Shown: positions 1 through 8,944 of the stretch, piece after piece
Layout: each line of letters opens with the position of its first letter
Position numbering within the stretch: the first letter of the stretch is position 1
NCBI GenBank assembly: GCA_013152315.1
Contig: JAADGP010000048.1
Coordinates: 1-16,055, forward strand
DNA from: FCB group bacterium
GTDB taxonomy: Bacteria > Fidelibacterota > Marinisomatia > Marinisomatales > JAADGP01
Reading direction: 5' to 3'
DNA: 16,055 nt
Notes under the pieces: generated by a model
Database searches by the model: none
What the model was told of the DNA's origin: nothing
The model's input: the letters and a program-made list of their open reading frames with translations, nothing else
Position numbers and translations under genes: made by a program

Positions 1-1247
1 AACAGGTCCTGATTGATAACATAGATCATTACCGCCATAAGAAAGAAAGACAAACAGGTGGCTGCCGCGGCGCCAAGCGCTCCAAAATAAGGAATAAGAA
101 GCAGGTTGGCCCCGATGTTCAAAGCCGCGCCAAAGCCGCGCGTCAGAGCCGCATACTTGGATTTCTCCCGCAAAAACACACCCGGTAATTGCAGCGAATA
201 GGCCGCAAAAAAGACGTACCCCAGAGCAATCAACGGTACAATTTGTGTTGAAGACCAATACTCCGGTCCGTATACCGTTACCGGTCCGATCCTCAATTTC
301 ACCAGGGCGTCCACCCACAGAAGAAGCAAAACCCAAAAGAAACCAAGAACTGTTAATACATACGTGGTAATCCGGGAATACATCTGTCTTTTTTCTTCCC
401 CGTCTCCTTCCTTCAGGAAGAAAGGTTGCCAGCCCATATTGAATCCCATAACCAGAAGCATCATTAACATGCCCAGTTTATAGCCGGCGCTATACAGGCC
501 GACCGTCTCCATATTGGTCATGGCTTTCAATATGTACCGGTCGGCCAGTTCCATGAGCATGGCGAAAATCCCGGAGGGTAAAAACGGCAGACCAAAACGC
601 ATGAGTCGTTTCCAGGTCATCCAGGAAACAGCGCCACCACGGGTTCTTTTCACCACCAGGGGGGCCGTGATAAGCACCAGGCCGCCGGAGGTCAGGAGAT
701 TGCTTAGGAGAACCCCCTCCACCCCCATTTGGTACTTTATCACCAACAGCAAATTCAGACTTAACGAGGAAACGACATTCAGGAGACTAAACCCGATAAA
801 AGAGAGGGGTCGGCCCTCCGACCTCAGCAACAACATCGGCACCGACCACAATATATCCAGCGCCAAAATAGCAGCAATGTAAGCCAGGTAGCGGGGATAA
901 TGCCCTCCCAGGAGCAAGTCGCTGGCGACCCCCCGAACCAGAAACAGAAACAACGCGAAACCCGCGGAGGTGATGATAAAGGAAAGATAGGCCGTTGTTA
1001 ACAGTCTTTTTCTCTCCGGCGGATCGGCCGGGACATAGTACTTCATCAATGCCGCGTCGAGACCGTAATGAAGGACCACGCTCATAAAACCCATAAAAGT
1101 ATACGCCAACGACACGACGCCGTACTCGGCCGGAGTAAACGCGTTGGTGTACAGCGGTAACAACAGGAAGGTTACCATTCGGGCCAGGATATGTCCGGCA
1201 CCGTAAAGAAGCGTTTGTTGCGAAAGAGCCTTTATCCGGTCAAACAT
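1..1247 (-). CDS. Polysaccharide biosynthesis / oligosaccharide flippase-like membrane protein (MOP/Wzx type), C-terminal part cut off by window edge
   Basis: Absent from the ORF track because it runs off the window. The reverse complement from ATG at 1247..1245 reads MFDRIKALSQQTLLYGAGHILARMVTFLLLPLYTNAFTPAEYGVVSLAYTFMGFMS... The frame was hand-checked and is open at 1081..1247 and 3..59, where it reads ...TCLSFFLMAVMIYVINQDL. It is hydrophobic and multi-TM, and the N-terminal pattern is typical of Wzx-like 'polysaccharide biosynthesis protein' families. The + ORF at 514..882 is its antisense shadow. Confidence 0.7.
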   Translation of the reverse strand, partial: MFDRIKALSQQTLLYGAGHILARMVTFLLLPLYTNAFTPAEYGVVSLAYTFMGFMSVVLHYGLDAALMKYYVPADPPERKRLLTTAYLSFIITSAGFALFLFLVRGVASDLLLGGHYPRYLAYIAAILALDILWSVPMLLLRSEGRPLSFIGFSLLNVVSSLSLNLLLVIKYQMGVEGVLLSNLLTSGGLVLITAPLVVKRTRGGAVSWMTWKRLMRFGLPFLPSGIFAMLMELADRYILKAMTNMETVGLYSAGYKLGMLMMLLVMGFNMGWQPFFLKEGDGEEKRQMYSRITTYVLTVLGFFWVLLLLWVDALVKLRIGPVTVYGPEYWSSTQIVPLIALGYVFFAAYSLQLPGVFLREKSKYAALTRGFGAALNIGANLLLIPYFGALGAAAATCLSFFLMAVMIYVINQDL

Positions 1248-1332
1248 GACCCTGGGCAGCCGGAAAGGAAATTGGGATTAGGGAATTCGATGATTTCACT
1301 GAATTTTGCACTGACCGGGCGGGAACGGGGAT

Positions 1333-2307
1333 TTAGTTGTTCTTCCAAGAAATCTCCAGGGTGTCGCGAAACATCCCGCTGGCGCCGAAATTTTCCTTGA
1401 ACCTGCCGAGCCCGAAATTCGGTTCTTCATTAACGGTAAATATTCCGAAATCAAATACTTTGTACCCCGCTTTAATTGCCCAGTCAAAGATCGAATAAAA
1501 CAAAAGATTCAACGGCCGGTACTCCTGGTAAGACTCATCATGGCTGATGTAGAAGGCCAGAACCACCTCATCGGTGGCAATAAAATTCACGACTCCGGCA
1601 ACCATTGTTTCATCGACGAAGGCGCCGAACAAATTAATTCGTTCGGGAAACAAGTCTCTTAAACGCAACAACTCATCCAGGGTGTGAGTCGGGGACACAT
1701 TATGGCGGATTTTCAGGTTTCGTTTAAGAATTTCATAGAAACCGGCATAATCCCGGGTCGGCCGAACAACCACCCCTGAACGCTGGGCTTTCCTTACGGA
1801 CCGCCTGTGAGAGGGACGGAATTTCGCCAGGTTCCCTTCGACGCTTTGCTCCAAAAACAAAATACTGGATATTTCACGCTTGGCGTAACGAAATCCATGT
1901 TTCAAAAGCGCAAAATCCATATAATTGGAAAGCCGCCGACTGTAAATGGTCGGTGGCAATGTCAACCGAATACCGTCAAATCCTTTCTGCCGGGCATACG
2001 CTTTAAGGGTTTGAACCAGTTTGTAGGAATCGGCAAAAGCCAGGTCTTCCGGTACAACAAAGGATCCCATGGACGCCCCGGGGTGCGAAACCAATAGCTT
2101 CGCTCCTTCGGTTTGAACCTCGGCCGCCGGGAATAGGACAAACGGTTTTTCTTTCTTATAAAAGATCAAACTATGGTCCCTGAATCGTCCCGGGGGGTGA
2201 TAGCCAAGAAAGCGACGGGTATGAAACAGGGTTCCATTGTTGGCCGCCCATACCATTGCATCCCACCAATCGGCGTGCTCGTTTTTAAATCGTCTGATAT
2301 CCAGCAT
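1333..2307 (-). CDS. FemAB-like / GNAT-fold acyltransferase (Acetyltransf_6-like)
   Basis: 324-aa ORF with an ATG start. The C-terminal half (LFGAFVDETMVAGVVNFIATDEVVLAFYISHDESYQEYRPLNLLFYSIFDWAIKAGYKVFDFG) matches the pattern of FemAB/BioF2-like GNAT domains. It lies 85 bp upstream of, and on the same strand as, the flippase gene. Confidence 0.6.
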   Translation of the reverse strand: MLDIRRFKNEHADWWDAMVWAANNGTLFHTRRFLGYHPPGRFRDHSLIFYKKEKPFVLFPAAEVQTEGAKLLVSHPGASMGSFVVPEDLAFADSYKLVQTLKAYARQKGFDGIRLTLPPTIYSRRLSNYMDFALLKHGFRYAKREISSILFLEQSVEGNLAKFRPSHRRSVRKAQRSGVVVRPTRDYAGFYEILKRNLKIRHNVSPTHTLDELLRLRDLFPERINLFGAFVDETMVAGVVNFIATDEVVLAFYISHDESYQEYRPLNLLFYSIFDWAIKAGYKVFDFGIFTVNEEPNFGLGRFKENFGASGMFRDTLEISWKNN

Positions 2308-2500
2308 CTTGTAGAATCGGACACGAAATTAGCGGGGAAAGGTTCCACAAGCAATTGCAAGTTGACAACACGGATTCGAGCCGGTTCGTGGCAATAGCTG
2401 TTTTTATCGGAATAACAATTTGCGCTTTGGATTATCAGGGTAAACCGCTGGTATTACTGCTTTCAACTTCAAATTTCGTATTTTTGCTAATTGCTGTTGA

Positions 2501-4188
<1,688 letters not shown>

Positions 4189-4191
4189 CTC

Positions 4192-4893
4192 TTATTGCTG
4201 CTTCACCAGGGCGGCATTAATAATAATCTCCACGCGACGGTTTAAATCACGATCGGCCGTGGAAGTATTGGCACGGACGGGGCGGTATTCTCCATAACCG
4301 GAAACAGCAAACATTGCTTCCGGCAAGCGTGTAAACTTTTGCAGCATGCGCATGACCACCTGAGCGCGGGCCGCGCTTAATTCCCAATTGTCCCGATAAT
4401 CCGATCCTTCGATAATCGGAATATTATCCGTGTACCCTTCCACCCGAATTTCCACTTTCCACTCCAAACCGTTCTTTACGAACTCGTCAATCCAGGAACG
4501 CAATTTCGGATTTTTTTCGAGGTGCAATATCCCCAGGTCGCGAATGGCATCGGCAATGCTTTTTATATGCGTTTCCAGTTCGGGGTTCGGATCCGCTTTC
4601 CCGGGATCAAACATTTTTTTATCATGAATGACTATCCGGACGCCTTTTGAATCATGCCCGATTACCAATCCTTCTATCCCGCGCTGGCTGATGGTTTCAG
4701 TAAGTTCATCCACCGCGTTTGACAACTGTTCCGATACCCAGGCGTGTACCTTTGAGATTTCACCGGCTCTTATGGAAATCATCATGATAAAGAATGTAAT
4801 CAGTAACGTAATCATATCTCCGTAACTCAACAGCCAACTGCCGTGGGTTTTCACGGAACCCACATTATTCTTGTCGATTTTAACTTTGAACAC
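4192..4893 (-). CDS. MotB-type stator subunit with OmpA-like peptidoglycan-binding domain (canonical channel Asp present) - module 2, third gene
   Basis: 233 aa with a GTG start at 4893, overlapping the upstream gene by 14 nt. The N-terminal TM WLLSYGDMITLLITFFIMM aligns with the MotB W..YAD.mTa.maFF motif and has Asp26. The C-terminus has EGYTDNIP...NWELSAARA...SGYGEYRP...NRRVEI OmpA-family motifs. Confidence 0.85.
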   Translation of the reverse strand: MFKVKIDKNNVGSVKTHGSWLLSYGDMITLLITFFIMMISIRAGEISKVHAWVSEQLSNAVDELTETISQRGIEGLVIGHDSKGVRIVIHDKKMFDPGKADPNPELETHIKSIADAIRDLGILHLEKNPKLRSWIDEFVKNGLEWKVEIRVEGYTDNIPIIEGSDYRDNWELSAARAQVVMRMLQKFTRLPEAMFAVSGYGEYRPVRANTSTADRDLNRRVEIIINAALVKQQ

Positions 4894-5587
4894 GATCGGT
4901 AATTTCTATTAACTGCACATCAATATATATTTCAACCCGGCGGTTTTCATCCAGCTTTTCCCGGCTGCGGAGGGGATGAAAAGAGCCGTAGCCCGCCAGG
5001 GAAAAATATTCTTTGGGCAGGGCTGTTTTCCATTGTAAAAATTTCATCACCTGGTAAGAACGCGCCAAACTTAAATCCCAATTGGTTTTAAACCGACCGG
5101 AAAGAATCGGTAAATAATCGGTGTGTCCCTCCACCGTTAGTTCGATGGCAACTTTTTTTCCCGATCTTTTAAGGGCTTCGATAATCGGCCGGTAAGTTTG
5201 TTGAATTTTTTCGAGCTCTAACTGCTTAATAATATTGGCGGTCGTTTCCAAAAAACCGACGAAGAGAGGATTGATATTGTCATCTTCCGACGGAAACATC
5301 GGTTGTTCGCCGATTTTAGAGGGAATAAGCAACTTAATTCCTTTGGTCCCGGTATTTTCGACATACAGCCAGTCCAACCGTTGGCTTTCCTTGTCTTCCA
5401 AGATCCTTGAATACAGAATACTTTTCACACGTTCCGAGAATTTAAACGTTGTCGCCGCCTCATGCTCGGCCCGGGTCACGAAAAGAATGAAGAAAGCCAG
5501 GACGGCGGTCAGAAGCGAGGCGTAGGTCATCATCCAACCGGCCCCTCCGGACTGAGACCGATTGGCGTTCGCTATTTTACCGGCCAT
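4880..5587 (-). CDS. MotB-like stator subunit paralog with OmpA-like domain but Ser in place of the channel Asp - module 2, second gene
   Basis: The ORF track starts it at TTG 5623 (247 aa). I prefer ATG 5587 (MAGKIANANRSQSGGAGWMMTYASLLTAVLAFFILF...), which gives an 11-nt overlap with the motA-like stop. The TM motif is W-M-M-T-Y-A-S-L-L-T-A-V-L-A-F-F, with Ser (codon TCG, 5518..5516) at the Asp position. The C-terminus has EGHTDYLP...NWDLSLARS...AGYGSFHP...NRRVEI. Confidence 0.8.
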   Translation of the reverse strand: MAGKIANANRSQSGGAGWMMTYASLLTAVLAFFILFVTRAEHEAATTFKFSERVKSILYSRILEDKESQRLDWLYVENTGTKGIKLLIPSKIGEQPMFPSEDDNINPLFVGFLETTANIIKQLELEKIQQTYRPIIEALKRSGKKVAIELTVEGHTDYLPILSGRFKTNWDLSLARSYQVMKFLQWKTALPKEYFSLAGYGSFHPLRSREKLDENRRVEIYIDVQLIEITDRVQS

Positions 5588-6407
5588 TTGATTCCCGGTG
5601 TAAAGCTCGTGTATCCTTATCAAGGAATGTCAGCAGTTTTTCCTCCATAATTACCGGGTGTTCCTTGCTGTGGATACTTAAAATACCCGCCAGAATTATT
5701 TCATTAACGTGTGTCTCAAACGCTGTGCGACCTTTTAATTTTCCAGCAATGGGAATAAAAATCAGGTTCGCCAGAAGAACACCATAGAAAGTAGTAACCA
5801 AAGCGATACCCATTCCGTCCAACAATTGTCCCATCGAGTTCTCCATTTGTGATGCATATCCCGCCACGGAGCTTGACTGCCCCTGTTGTGTCATCATCAG
5901 GATCAACCCCATTACCGTCCCCAGCAATCCGAAGGCCGGGGCGTAATTTCCCATATTATAGAACATTTCCTGTCCGCTCTGATGCCTTTTAATCATGTTG
6001 TCCAGTTCGTTTTCCAGGAAACTCCGTAACTTGCCGGCATCTTTTTCGAGGATTGCATTTTCCAGCCCCATCCGTAAAAAATTATTTTCAATTTTCGGCA
6101 ATAACTTTTCAATCGTGACAAAACCTTTCTTGCGGGCGATTTGGCTTAACTCAACCAATTGGTTAATGATTTTAACCGCCGAATCATCGTTTTTTCCACC
6201 GAAAGCCTTTCCGGCAACCCGGAACATGCGCAACACGTTGGGCAGCGGATAATTAATCGCTGTGGCCGCCAGGGTTCCGCCTAATACAATAGCCACTCCC
6301 TGGATGTTGATAAAGGTTGATGGAATCATTTGGGTGTTCGGATCAAACATCCCAAACAGGATTAATCCCAACCCGATGATCAGACCAAAAACTGTTGCAA
6401 TATCCAT
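5577..6407 (-). CDS. MotA/PomA-type stator channel subunit (MotA/TolQ/ExbB family) - module 2
   Basis: 276 aa. Starts MDIATVFGLIIGLGLILFG..., then a cytoplasmic loop with ARKKGFVTIEKL (the RK...E charged motif in the position of the FliG-contacting residues of MotA/PomA), YAPAFGLLGTVMGLI (conserved Pro), and TTFYGVLLANLIFIPIAGKL (second conserved Pro). AAGGGG lies 6-7 nt before the ATG. Confidence 0.9.
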   Translation of the reverse strand: MDIATVFGLIIGLGLILFGMFDPNTQMIPSTFINIQGVAIVLGGTLAATAINYPLPNVLRMFRVAGKAFGGKNDDSAVKIINQLVELSQIARKKGFVTIEKLLPKIENNFLRMGLENAILEKDAGKLRSFLENELDNMIKRHQSGQEMFYNMGNYAPAFGLLGTVMGLILMMTQQGQSSSVAGYASQMENSMGQLLDGMGIALVTTFYGVLLANLIFIPIAGKLKGRTAFETHVNEIILAGILSIHSKEHPVIMEEKLLTFLDKDTRALHRESNGR

Positions 6408-6477
6408 TGAAACCCCTTATCTAAAACCAAACAATAATGATGTAAGATGGTTGTGGTATAAAACGTATGATAAAGGA

Positions 6478-6502
6478 GGAAACCGGTCTACGGCCGGTTT
6501 TC
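6478..6502 (-). terminator. Candidate stem-loop, either a terminator of module 1 or a 5'-UTR structure of module 2
   Basis: AAACCGG (6480..6486) pairs with CCGGTTT (6494..6500) around a 7-nt loop, extendable by G-U and G-C pairs. On the minus strand it is followed by the moderately T-rich TTTCCTCCTTTATCATACGTTTTAT. It sits about 137 nt downstream of the 6639 stop, and the U-tract is not clean, so confidence is low. Confidence 0.25.
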
Positions 6503-6638
6503 ACCCGATATTATCACATACGTAACAATTATACTGCCATTTTACTCTTTTTCGGAAAGAGACCGGTTCACGATAATCCAATAGTACGCCCGTACTGCCC
6601 CTGACAATATCTCGGAGCAACGCTGAAGAGGAGGTTAT

Positions 6639-7223
6639 TTAAAATCCTAAAGTATAATAGACTTCCTCACCGGTCAATTTTGATTTGCAGATTAACTCTA
6701 AATTTCTGGGAGGCGTCTTAAAATCGAAAACCAGTTCGGCAACGATCTTTTTCAAAGGCCGGATAATCGCCAGGTTCTGATATTTCCCTTCAAAAGGATT
6801 TAATTCCCCACGGACTCCTCCGGAGCCGATTAATTTCACCATGGTCGTCGCCGAAAAATCAAAATCTTTCGTCAGATCACTGTTGGCTATTTCCAATTTG
6901 ATAAAAACCCTGTTCCCCTGTTTACGCGCGCTTAATAATGTAAACTTAACTTTATCGGCCAATTGCTCGGTTCCAACCGGGAAAGCCACCCGGCCGTCTT
7001 CCAGAGCCTCGACGGGAATATAAAATTCCATTGTTGCCTTAACATATTTCTTGCTGCGGTCCAATTCCAATTTTCGTACTGTTGCCCCGGGCTCAATCTG
7101 CCCGATGGCTTCCCCATCGTATGGCCGACTGTAAATCTCCGTACCGGACTTTACTTTCGTCTCCTGCCCGACAAGAATTCCCAATAAACCGATCCAGACC
7201 AACCTGCGAATACGCGGTGTCAT
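6639..7223 (-). CDS. Secreted or membrane-anchored hypothetical protein: N-terminal SH3-like segment plus C-terminal DUF4352-like beta-sandwich (tentative) - module 1, third gene
   Basis: 194 aa. ATG 7223 is only 8 nt after the MotB stop. The signal/anchor is MTPRIRRLVWIGLLGILVG. TEIYSRPYDGEAIGQIEPGATVRKLE...YVKATMEFYIP resembles the bacterial SH3 pattern. KVKFTLLSARKQGNRVFIKLEIANS...IIRPLKKIVAELVFDF resembles the DUF4352 Ig-like pattern. Both domain calls are by eye only. Confidence 0.7.
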   Translation of the reverse strand: MTPRIRRLVWIGLLGILVGQETKVKSGTEIYSRPYDGEAIGQIEPGATVRKLELDRSKKYVKATMEFYIPVEALEDGRVAFPVGTEQLADKVKFTLLSARKQGNRVFIKLEIANSDLTKDFDFSATTMVKLIGSGGVRGELNPFEGKYQNLAIIRPLKKIVAELVFDFKTPPRNLELICKSKLTGEEVYYTLGF

Positions 7224-7231
7224 TTTACTTT

Positions 7232-7963
7232 TTATCCTGTTACCGTATTGGTTTTCACAAACGCGTCGAGATAAATTTCCACGCGCCTGTTTTTAGCGCG
7301 GGCGTCTTCGATATCCAGCGGATTCTTACCAACAGCCTTTATATCGATGACGGGGCGGAACTCACCATATCCCATGGCGGAAAACTTTGATTCCTCAATT
7401 TGCGAAAACCGGCTTAATAATTTCACCACGTTTAAAGCCCTGGCCGTGGACAGGTCCCAATTGCTTTCGTATAAGGAATTCTTTGGTAATGGCAGATCGT
7501 CCGTATGTCCTTCACAGCGTATTTCAATATTCAGAAATCCTCCCCGTTTTTCAATTGCTTCCAAAAGGTTTTTGTAGCGCGGATCTTCGAATACCCGCAT
7601 AATTTTCGACACGCGGATAATCCCCCCGATTTGTTGCAGAAGGGGATATACATCCGGTTGTACTTCCGCATCCATGGATTTGAACAGCCGGCCGCTGGCC
7701 ATGGTAATTTTAACTCCTTTGGTAACCCGTTCGACGCGTACATAGGAAGATTCCACATTTTCTTTCAATTCCTTATATGTTTCATCCAAAAGCATATTGA
7801 TTACCCGATCAATGTGCTTCTCAGCATCATTCATGATTACCAGCAATAATATGAAAAAGGTCAATAACAAGGTTACCAGGTCAGCATAGGTTACCGCCCA
7901 GGCCGTACTTTTGGCCTTGGCCTCCTCGGCCGAAAGCCCTTCGTGGAGGACCGCCGTGGTCAC
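7232..7963 (-). CDS. MotB-type stator subunit with OmpA-like peptidoglycan-binding domain - module 1
   Basis: 243 aa. GTG start at 7963 forms a GTGA overlap with the MotA stop (7960..7962). The TM WAVTYADLVTLLLTFFILL has the canonical Asp28. Other motifs: GVKITMASGRLFKSMDAEV, EGHTDDLP, NWDLSTARA, MGYGEFRP, NRRVEIYL. Confidence 0.87.
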   Translation of the reverse strand: MTTAVLHEGLSAEEAKAKSTAWAVTYADLVTLLLTFFILLLVIMNDAEKHIDRVINMLLDETYKELKENVESSYVRVERVTKGVKITMASGRLFKSMDAEVQPDVYPLLQQIGGIIRVSKIMRVFEDPRYKNLLEAIEKRGGFLNIEIRCEGHTDDLPLPKNSLYESNWDLSTARALNVVKLLSRFSQIEESKFSAMGYGEFRPVIDIKAVGKNPLDIEDARAKNRRVEIYLDAFVKTNTVTG

Positions 7964-8772
7964 TTTATTTCCTGCCGTTTACTTTGGGGAACAAAAGTCA
8001 TGAGTTTTTCCCGAATAAGGAGCGGATGTTCCTTGGCATGGATACTGATAATTCCCTCCACAATGATATTTTTCAACATCAGTTCCTCTTCGGATTTACG
8101 CTTTAACTTTCCTCCGATAGGCAGAAACACCAGATTGGACAACAACACACCGTAAAAAGTCGTAATCAGGGCCAGTCCCATGCCACTTAACAGCTCGGCG
8201 AATTTCTTGGCTACGTCAAATTCAATGGTATCGATGGTAGCTCCATTCCCACCGGAAAAATTATTCATCATTATAATCAATCCCATGACGGTCCCCAGCA
8301 TCCCGAAAGCCGGTGCATAAGCCCCCATGTAAAAGAAAATTTCCTGTCCGTTACTGTGGCGACGCACAATGTTGCTTAATTCCAAATTAAGGTAGGTACG
8401 GAGCCGCCCGGCATCGCGTTCGTTAATAGCCAGTTCAATCCCATTCCGCAAAAATTTGTTGCTGATCTTATCCAGATCAGCTTCTAAGGACATAATCCCC
8501 GATTTACGGGCCTTTTCCGCCTTCTCCACCAATTCGTCAATCCAGTTCTGATAACTGTAGTCCTCGTCGGTAAACACGTTTTTTAATACTTTAAACAGGC
8601 CTAATACGTTCTTAAGCGGATAGTTCACCAGCGTTGCCGCAAGGGTGCCGCCCAACACAATCATAATTGAATTGAAGCTGAAAAACCAATATAAATCACC
8701 GCCGCCACGCCAGACTCCGATACCAATAATGCCCAGACCGGCAAGCAAACCAATGGCTGTCCCAAAATCCAT
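7960..8772 (-). CDS. MotA/PomA-type stator channel subunit (MotA/TolQ/ExbB family) - module 1
   Basis: 270 aa. Motifs: MDFGTAIGLLAGLGIIGIG..., ARKSGIMSLEAD charged loop, YAPAFGMLGTVMGLI, TTFYGVLLSNLVFLPIGGKL. Same architecture as the 5577..6407 paralog. Confidence 0.9.
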   Translation of the reverse strand: MDFGTAIGLLAGLGIIGIGVWRGGGDLYWFFSFNSIMIVLGGTLAATLVNYPLKNVLGLFKVLKNVFTDEDYSYQNWIDELVEKAEKARKSGIMSLEADLDKISNKFLRNGIELAINERDAGRLRTYLNLELSNIVRRHSNGQEIFFYMGAYAPAFGMLGTVMGLIIMMNNFSGGNGATIDTIEFDVAKKFAELLSGMGLALITTFYGVLLSNLVFLPIGGKLKRKSEEELMLKNIIVEGIISIHAKEHPLLIREKLMTFVPQSKRQEIK

Positions 8773-8855
8773 AAAAGGTCCCCAAATTTAATTTAGCGGT
8801 GTGAAGTTATTGCCTCCGACGGTGGAAGGTCAAGCGTTCTCACGTAACTTCCGTA

Positions 8856-8884
8856 TTGAAATTTAGATAAGAGGAATATATATT
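8856..8884 (+). promoter_or_regulatory. Candidate sigma70-like promoter for the 8945 gene
   Basis: TTGAAA (8856..8861), a 17-nt spacer, then TATATT (8879..8884), in the AT-rich 172-bp divergent intergenic region. This is a pattern match only, and promoter consensus for this lineage is unknown. Confidence 0.25.
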
Positions 8885-8944
8885 CATTCAACTGTTTATT
8901 CTGTATTATGATCTTTAACGGTAACAAATATAAGGTACAATATT

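Noticed and set aside
514-882. 122-aa + strand ORF
   Set aside because: It is the antisense shadow of the Wzx-like membrane protein gene (1..1247, -). Its composition is Arg/Ser/Pro-rich and low-complexity, with no recognisable motif.
4880-5623. The two module 2 MotB-like genes as a split or frameshifted pseudogene, or the Ser as a sequencing error
   Set aside because: Each ORF is a complete MotB-like protein with its own TM helix and OmpA-like domain. TCG versus GAY differs at all three codon positions.
6473-6479. AAGGAGG on the + strand, suggesting a + strand small gene in the inter-module spacer
   Set aside because: No ATG, GTG or TTG lies within 5-12 nt downstream. The motif is better explained as the complement of the minus-strand CCUCCUU element discussed in the spacer finding.
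7505-7849. 114-aa + ORF, with neighbouring + ORFs 7082..7602 and 6841..7187
   Set aside because: They are antisense to the well-supported MotB and 194-aa genes and have no motifs or RBS.
4192-8772. Zorya-like anti-phage system (ZorA/ZorB are MotA/MotB homologs)
   Set aside because: The A subunits are 270-276 aa with PomA/MotA architecture and lack the long C-terminal tail typical of ZorA. No ZorC/D/E-like nuclease, helicase or other effector genes are adjacent, and the surrounding genes are housekeeping rather than a defence island.
4192-8772. ExbB-ExbD-ExbD/TolQ-TolR type energiser (TonB or Tol-Pal system)
   Set aside because: All three B-type proteins have the MotB-style W..YAD..T....FF helix plus OmpA-like GHTD / NW.LS.AR / NRRVEI peptidoglycan-binding domains, not the short ExbD/TolR fold. 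No TonB, TolA, TolB or Pal gene is nearby.
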